DNA from: Dudresnaya verticillata
Taxonomy: Eukaryota
Reading direction: 5' to 3'
DNA: 64,000 bases
Assembly (NCBI GenBank): GCA_977862235.1
Contig: OZ374558.1
Location: 1,612,001-1,676,000 of the forward strand
The translations under genes were made by a program, and so were the position numbers. Under the pieces are notes generated by a model. The model was not told where the DNA came from. It did no database searches and saw only the letters and a program-made list of their open reading frames with translations. Shown in pieces: positions 56,989 through 64,000 of the stretch; the stretch's first letter is position 1, and each line of letters begins with the position of its first letter.

Positions 56989-59039
56989 GCTCAGTGGAGC
57001 GAAACTACTCGGCCGCAAAGCGCGAGTGCTTTGCAGTGGTGTGGTCGGTCACAACCCTGCGTCCCTAAATCGAAGGGACCAGGTTCCCGATACGAACCGA
57101 CCATGACGCTTTGCGGTGGCTCATGTTCCTGACCGATTCGTCCGGTCGCCTCATCCGCTGGCGGTTGCGACTCGCGGAATTCGACTTCCAGATCGAGTAC
57201 CGCCCGGGTAGGATAGAACAGGTGCCGGAAGCACTGTCTCCCCTGGTGAGGCCTCGACGGCAGCAAGAGGAGGTTGACGACGACATCCCTACCATGACCC
57301 CCAGGCGGTCGACCGCCGGAAGGAGGGTGCCTCGAGTACCGAACCCAAGGCACCACCGGTCTTGCTGACCACGCGATCCCCAGCCAACGCGTCGACGCGG
57401 AAGGCGGCGGATCGACCAGCTGAAGAGGAAGACAATGGCAGCGAAGCCAAGGAGCCCTCGGACGGCGCCCAGCCACCGGGGCTTGCCGACGACGAAGCCT
57501 GGGATGACTGCGACCACGTCGACCTCTTCGACCTTGGCCGCATTGACGCGAGCCAAGAGCCGACGGACCTCACCCGGGTCGAACCGGTGAAGCTGCCTTC
57601 ACCAATAACCGTCGAGGAATTGGTGGATGCGCAGCGGCGCGATTCCTTTTGCCAAACAGTGTTAGAACGGCAGTCCCGTCGACGGGATAGCCACTTCTTC
57701 GAGGACGAGGACGGGCTCTTGTGCCGGCGTCACCCCGTCATCTCCTCGTTGGAGCAAATACTGGTGCCCAAAGCGCTACAGCCGCGGCTTCTCATGCTCG
57801 CGCATCACTCCCTCCTGGCTGGCCATCCTGGCCAGAGCAGGATGTTCTACACCCTCTGCGAGAGCTACTACTGGCCACACATGTTAGCGGACATAGCCAT
57901 GACAGTTCGCAACTGTCGGCATTGTGCCAGGAACCGTATTCGCTTGCGGAGATCCCTTCACCGGCTGAAGGTGTCCCCGGCCACGAGTCCGCTCGAGTCG
58001 CTCGCGATCGATATCCAAGGGCCGCTGCCCAAGACGAAGTCAGGAAAGCGATTCCTGCTCGTCATGACGGATCGATTCACGAAGCTGACTCAAGTAGCGC
58101 CGCTGCGCACCATCACAGCTTACCACGTCGCAGTGGCGTTCTGTGAGAGGTGGATCTTCCACTGTGTACCACCGAGGTCTCGGTTGTCGGAAAACGGGAA
58201 GCAATTCACCTCTAAGTTCTTTCAGGCAGTGTACCTCGGACTGAAAAACGTGTTAACGTCCGCCTACCACCCGCAGGCGAACGGTCAGGTTGAGCGCTAC
58301 AACCGGACCGTCATGGCTATGTTGAGGAATTACATCAACGATCACCAGGACGATTGGGATCGGTACGTAGGGGCGTTGACGTATTCCTACAACTGCCATG
58401 TCCATCGCACGACACGGACAACACCCTTCAGCCTTGTGCTGTCCCGGCCACCGCCGGAGTTCAATAAGTTTCATAAGGCAGCGGCCAGACCGAAACCTAG
58501 TGAGGGCATGCGCGCAGAATTTCTCAAGCGGCTCGACGCCGCCTTCGCAAGCACATCGAGCGCCTTCGCCAAAACGCAGCGGCGTTACAAGAAGGACTTT
58601 GACAAGCGTGTCAGAAAAGTCAACTCCCGCATTCGAGCGGGAGACTGCGTCTTCATCAATGCGAGCGACTGGGGTTAAGAAACCCAAGAAGCTCCAGAGC
58701 CCAGCGATAGGGCCCTTACACGTGCTGCTTAACGACAAGCGCACGCTGTTCATCGATAGAGGCGGCTTGGTCGAACGGATCGCCGCGGACCGCGCTGTCT
58801 ACTGTCCCCCGCCGCTGCGGGAGGATACCGCGCAGCGCAGCGCATACTTACCCACCGCTGAGGAACTCGCATCAAAGGCCGTCGACGGCCCGCGGTTCTT
58901 GGTGGATAAGGTCCTTGACCACGGCACGGCCGACGATGGCACGTTCGTGTTCAAGGTGAAGTGGACCAGCTATCGCAAGCCGCCGCCGCTACGGCGGCGA
59001 AACACCAATCGGCTCGAAGCCAATCACTCCTCCTCATAA
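56971..59039 (+). pseudogene. pol: Decayed gypsy G3 pol: RNase H C-half, integrase, partial chromodomain
   Basis: ERNYS..ECFAVVWSV, TDHDALRW, AGHPG..CRHC, PQANGQVERYNRT, KLQSPAIGPL, FLVDKVLDH..FKVKW. Stops and frameshifts present. Confidence 0.92.
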
Positions 59040-60249
59040 CCCCACGGCGGGGGCGCCTCGCTCTTGAGGAGGGGGCCGCAGGCATTCGTTGCCTTTTTGC
59101 GAAGGCAATCGATGCCTCACCCTACTCTGCATGGGCACCGAGCCCAGCCAGGTCACCCTTGCGCCAGCAGCAACAGCAGCACAATAGGGGGCAGAATAAC
59201 GCTGGTTTATGCGCATCGACGCGCACAAGGCGACTGCCAGCTAACCAAGCCTGGGACAGCGGCCCCGAGCTGGTTGCACGCACTCGCGAGTGGCGATGAG
59301 ACACAGCCGCTATCTCGCCTTCGCGCGCGACAGGCGTCGACGCCTCATGCGCGAAAGGTAAGGGGCGCTGACCAGCAGCTACCGAAGCCACTAAACAGCG
59401 CCGCGCAAATGGCGCTACGTTTGTGCACGCCAGTACCACCCATTGCACCAGCAGCAGCGGCCGCTGAGCGAGAATGGGTGACACCAGCGTGGGTGCAGAG
59501 CGGGCGCGTCGACGCACCCAAGGCCGTCGCTGTCGAAGCGGTGTGGGGCAAAGGGCAGCGGCCCGATCGCCATCGCACTCGAGTGCACCGAAGTGCCGTT
59601 GCACTCGATGTGCAAAACGGCACCCCAAAAACATGCGTCACTTTGGCGTGCGCCCCGGCGCGGGGTGCAGCGCATCGAGCGCGAAACGTGTTCCGGCTAC
59701 AGTACGTACTGTAACCGAGGGGTTGGGAAACACCCAACCAGGCCAGCGGGCCGGAAGGCAACAGCCAAGGAAAGGGGTTGCGAAAAATCCCCAGCGAACG
59801 ATTGGCTATAATTTGCGCGCAAACCGCCTCCAGGTGGGGAGCAACAGCCGCGGCTGATCTAGTTATCCAGGAGCGGCACGCCACCGGTACAAGTAGTGGA
59901 CGCGAGGCAGCGGCCTCGTAGAAGCTAGCCGCAGTGGCACCAGGCGCCCAAGACGGGCGCACAGGGGCAACCACTGTGGCAACCACTGTGGCCTTCCCCA
60001 TGCCAAGGCGGCATAGCGCGCAGCGGCGCTTAGGAGCCACATGGGATCGGCACGCTTGCCTATTGCACCTGCGCAGTGGTTCACGCAACACCCGCGCCGA
60101 GACGACCGCTGTCGTAGCACAGTGGAGACGCACGCGCAGCGCTCACTTTGGACAGCGGCCCGACGTGGTGAGCTGCTGCGCTGACGATCGCTTTCGCCGA
60201 AAGAAGTTGGCATCGACGCGGGCCGAAGCCATATCCCACCCCTTTCCCT

Positions 60250-61850
60250 TCAAACATGTCTATAGACGCAGCGGCGTAACTGGAACGCATCGACGCGTGT
60301 TGCGAAGTGGTGACGACGGGTGTGCTTCTCTTGGGCCGCGGCCACGAAGCGCGTCATGTTCTGCAGCTGCTTGAACTCGAACGTCACAGAAGTGTTATCC
60401 GGGCCTGCCGCGCCTCGGAGGCGCAGAAAGCCCGGGCGCCTGCTGCGGCACAAGCCATCGAGGTAGAACAAGAGGCGGTCATCGATGACCCAACATATCT
60501 CCTTCGATAGGATTTCAGAGGCGTAGCGACGCCCCACCTCAAAGGCATACTCGTCGGAGCGCTTAGCGAGGAGCTCTCGACGAACTGCCTCACTCCCCGC
60601 CGTGGCGTAGTGGAAGTACCGCTCGACGGCTGGGCCACGGGACGATCATTCCAGCGGGCACGTCCCGGTGGGAAGACCACTCCGCGGAGGGAAACCACGA
60701 CGCGTCGAGCGCAGGGTGCAAGCTTGCACCCGTAGTGATGCATCCATCACCAGGGGTGCGGCAGGTTCCCCAGTCCCGCTCCCCCATACACACGCCGAGG
60801 AGGCGGCGTACGCAGTCGGCATCGGCCAGACCTCGCGCCTCCTCCGGCATCTCCTCCATGGGGATGTCCCTCATCCAGGCCAACGAGGCCGCGAGGGGCT
60901 TGTGGAACCCATCGACGGGTTTCACAAAAAGGGCTTGGCCGCCCTTATCCACGACCAGCAGCTGCTTGATCGTGGTGACGAACGCGACGTCACACGGTAG
61001 GCCGTTCGGTACCAGCCATACCGGCGATGCGGGCATGAAGGCGTTGTAGGCATCCGCCCCGCCATCATCGCTCGCATATGCCACGCGCAGGAGACGTTGG
61101 ACGTCGTTCCTTGGCACGGGCAGCCGATGCCACTGGTCCAGCGGGATCTGGTGGCGTGGTGCCTCCCACGCGAAGACAGTGAGAGGCAACGCAACTGCAT
61201 TGGGCACCGGGACACCGAGTCGCTGGGGCCCAATGGTCAGAGACACCCCTCGCATGGTGATGACCGGCAGAGGGGGGGCACGGCAGCAGCCGATGAGGAC
61301 TCAATGGCAGCGGCCGTACTTGTGCCAGGGGATGTCGACGCCCCTGCACCGGGGTCGCCTTGCGCCGATGCGCCCAGGGCCCGGCGGGGCAAAAACGGAG
61401 CCGCAGCGGGCGGCATTCTTCTCCCCCTTGACGCGGAGGCCGTCGATGACCCCGTGAGGTCAAGGGCTCGAGCCGCGGGCGGCGCGTCGACGCGCGGAGC
61501 GGTAAAGGGCACAGCGAACGGAGCCGCCTCCTCTGGGCATGGAGCGGCATCGGCCGCTCCACTCCGGTCAAGACCTCCCAAGCCACGCAGCGGCGGGCCT
61601 TGGTTGGCCACTTCGACCTCTTCGTAGCTCGGCAGAGGTTGGGTCGCCCTACCCCGAGCCAGCGCAGCAGCTGCTGGCTCAGCGGGCATCGCGGCGGGAG
61701 ACGTGTCAACCGCAGCGGCGGGACGCATCTCCAGTGTCTTGGAGGGCGTAGCGGCGCCCTTCCCAGCTTCGTCGGCTGCTGGTGGGCCAGCATGCGCAGC
61801 GGCGCTCGACACATTAGCTCCGGTGTCGTGAGGCAGCGCAGCGGCGACAG
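60250..61850 (-). pseudogene. Frameshifted ORF of unknown function, antisense to and downstream of G3 pol
   Basis: Overlapping minus-strand frames 61237-61850 (A/P-rich), 60590-61255 and about 60250-60635. Confidence 0.5.
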
Positions 61851-62527
61851 TGTGTTGAAGTGGCCGTTGTGGAGTGCTGACGACGGTTGAGCCGACTCGC
61901 GACCGGCGCACAGGTGAGCTGGCGCCAAAAGCCGAAGCGGGAGAGCAGCGACACAGTAGCACTGTATTCCCTGCTGGAGTCTGCGCGCACCACCAATAGC
62001 AGCCAAGTAGTTGATTTATTTGTAATTAGGTAATTGTAATGATGCTGTACAGTATGTAGTGTCAGACGGCCAATGAGAATGCCGAGCATGTCCGCAACGG
62101 TGACCGGGACCAGTAGGGCCGGACCCACCTGGTGGACCAGACCCATTGGGGTCTGGCCCACACGGACCGGACCGCGGGGCGTATCTCCCAGTATATTAAT
62201 GGGTGGCCACCGCGAGTCCTACAGTAAACGGGTATGCAACCCTGGGCAAAGTGACTTATCTACAAGCCTTACCCTCATACTCCTTTAAGGTTTCCCCTCG
62301 CCAGCCCCGTGCACGGATTCCTCTTGCCTCCGTCCCGGTGTAGCTGCTCTGGTACTGTGCCATCCCCCTTGTCTGTTGCGTCCCTTTACTCCTTACAGGT
62401 GTTGCCGCTCGAGGTACTCCCTTCGGTCTACGAACTAAGCTCTACCACCCCGGTGCCGTGTGAGATCACTCCTTATTGGGATTTTCTGATCAGCTCTCCG
62501 TGCAGGTGTGCCTTTCACTACACCACA
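61851..62527 (+). repeat. Isolated gypsy-type LTR (677 bp), no TSD, PBS or PPT seen
   Basis: TGTGTTGAAGTG...CACTACACCACA; collinear motifs shared with 62712-63386. Confidence 0.7.
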
Positions 62528-62711
62528 CCCCCAACCGCCGAAGCGGCAGCGGGGCCAGTGGGCACCGAAGCCGCCATCGCGGCGAGCGGCGGGTGTGACA
62601 GCGACGCGACGCTCTTCCCAGGCGCATACTGAGTCTGGGGGGGGTGAGCAGCCGCCACCGGTCCCGCTGGTGCCGCCGTCGATGGCGCACTAACGGCCGG
62701 CGGCGGCGCGG

Positions 62712-63386
62712 TGTGATGAAGTGAGCCGTGGCGCGCATGCGGCACGCCGACGACGAGCCAACCGTAACGGGTGATGTGGCAATACGCCACGATGATGATC
62801 TGGCAACGTGTAACCGTCTCGGATGTTGTGCGCATTGCTATAAGCTGGTACGCATTGCTGTACATCAGTGTAGCGCACCAACCGTAGCGGAGTATTTGTA
62901 GTATTTATTCTTTATTTTTAGTGAGTATCTGTGCAGTTTGTAGAGTAGCGCGCCAGCCAATGAGAATGCTGCGCAAGTCCTTTTCGGAGATTGGGACCAG
63001 CAGGGCCGAATCCACCATGGGTCCAGACCACTAGGGTCTGGCCCGAAGGGACCGGACGGCTCGGTGCCACCCTGACTTGTATATCAGGGCGGCACCACAG
63101 CGGCTCCTAAGGTAAACGGGTAAGCAACCTTAGCCCAATCCTTTACGGTTTTCCCCGCGCCGAGCCCGTCGCGGTCTACCACCACCACCGTTACGGAGTC
63201 CGTCCCGGCACTTGTACCACCCCCTCGTCTGTTGATTCCCAATATCCGTCTCTGTTAGCCGCTCGCTGTTCTCCCGTTTCGGTGCGAACTTCTCTAACAC
63301 CCCGTGGAGGTAGTGTTGCTCTCGTCCGTTAAGGAAATTCAGGCCAGCTGTCCGTCTCGGAGTTCGTGGGTTTTCACGACACCACA
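62712..63386 (+). repeat. 5' LTR of gypsy G4 (675 bp)
   Basis: TGTGATGAAGTG...CACGACACCACA followed by a PBS. Confidence 0.78.
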
Positions 63387-63391
63387 TCTTT

Positions 63392-63409
63392 TGGTCTCTG
63401 GACCTAGAA
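63392..63409 (+). other. G4 primer binding site
   Basis: TGGTCTCTGGACCTAGAA, 16/18 identical to the G2 PBS. Confidence 0.8.
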
Positions 63410-63534
63410 CACCGTCACGGTTGGAAGAAGCAGCCGTCGAAATCCGCTACGGTAGGAATTCGGCTGTACCGACAACCCGTTACGGAATATTGGATAGACA
63501 AGCAAGAACAACCGTTGTGTTCCGTTAAGGTATC

Positions 63535-64000
63535 ATGCAGAACGAAGAACACGCAGACCCTCCCGTTACGGAACCTAAAGCGGGTGACACTACCCCCGCT
63601 GCGCGCAGTCTGCGCAGTGAAGGAGGTGAAATCCGTTCCGGAGTGGAGAACCCAGAAGACACCTAAAGGGTGCTGCTGGTAAAGCTCCCCGTTCCCGTGT
63701 CGGATCAGACGCCTCGAAGAAGGCAGCTCCGCAACCCAAGCCGGAATCCCATCGGGTCCACTGGGTCCTGTCGGAGGTCCTTCCTAGAGTGTTAGAGCAT
63801 CTCCGATTGGAAGTACAACCTGGAATGTTAAAAGAGGTGGAGATATCCCTCTCGGAAACTGTTCCGTCGTTGGTTAATTCCTACCTTGTGCAGCACCTTC
63901 CTCGGATAGTGCAAGCTTTGATCCTACAGGAAAAGGTGGCCGCCGAGCTCGAGAGCCAGATTGCTCCCTGCATGGCAAGGCCTCCCGCTACGGAAGCTTT
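63535..64000 (+). pseudogene. Probable decayed start of G4 gag
   Basis: ATG about 125 nt after the PBS (MQNEEHADPP..) with an early stop. Positional inference only. Confidence 0.35.

Noticed and set aside
59040..60250. Overlapping GC-rich ORFs on both strands
   Set aside because: No motifs; expected by chance at this GC content.

Overview
Eukaryotic, fully transposon-derived window with no recognisable host gene, RNA gene or CRISPR array. A red alga is plausible from the style of the elements, but this is a guess. One young Ty1/copia family (7.4 kb, 1074-bp TG..CA LTRs, single 1440-aa gag-pol ORF, half-tRNAiMet PBS GGTTATGGGCCCAG, 5-bp TSDs) occurs as 11 copies or remnants. Three are intact (B 4122-11522, F 28035-35436, H 36252-43652). 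Three are solo LTRs with TSDs, and one is doubly truncated. B and four partial copies form a same-orientation self-nested stack in 1-17952 (A and B in C, C in D, D in the LTR of E). These copia copies sit in older, decayed Ty3/gypsy elements: G1 (-), chromodomain-bearing G2 (-, about 12.8 kb after removing insertions), G3 (+) and the 5' end of G4 (+). Most notable: (1) three self-insertions fall within 155 bp of the copia integrase coding region; (2) G2 carries a 4.2-kb 3' region with an antisense ORF of about 770 aa and unknown function, and G3 may carry a related one; (3) the LTR 41-bp repeat number rises from 2 to 3 to 4 with apparent youth; (4) the density of nested insertions suggests a targeted heterochromatic or centromeric domain.
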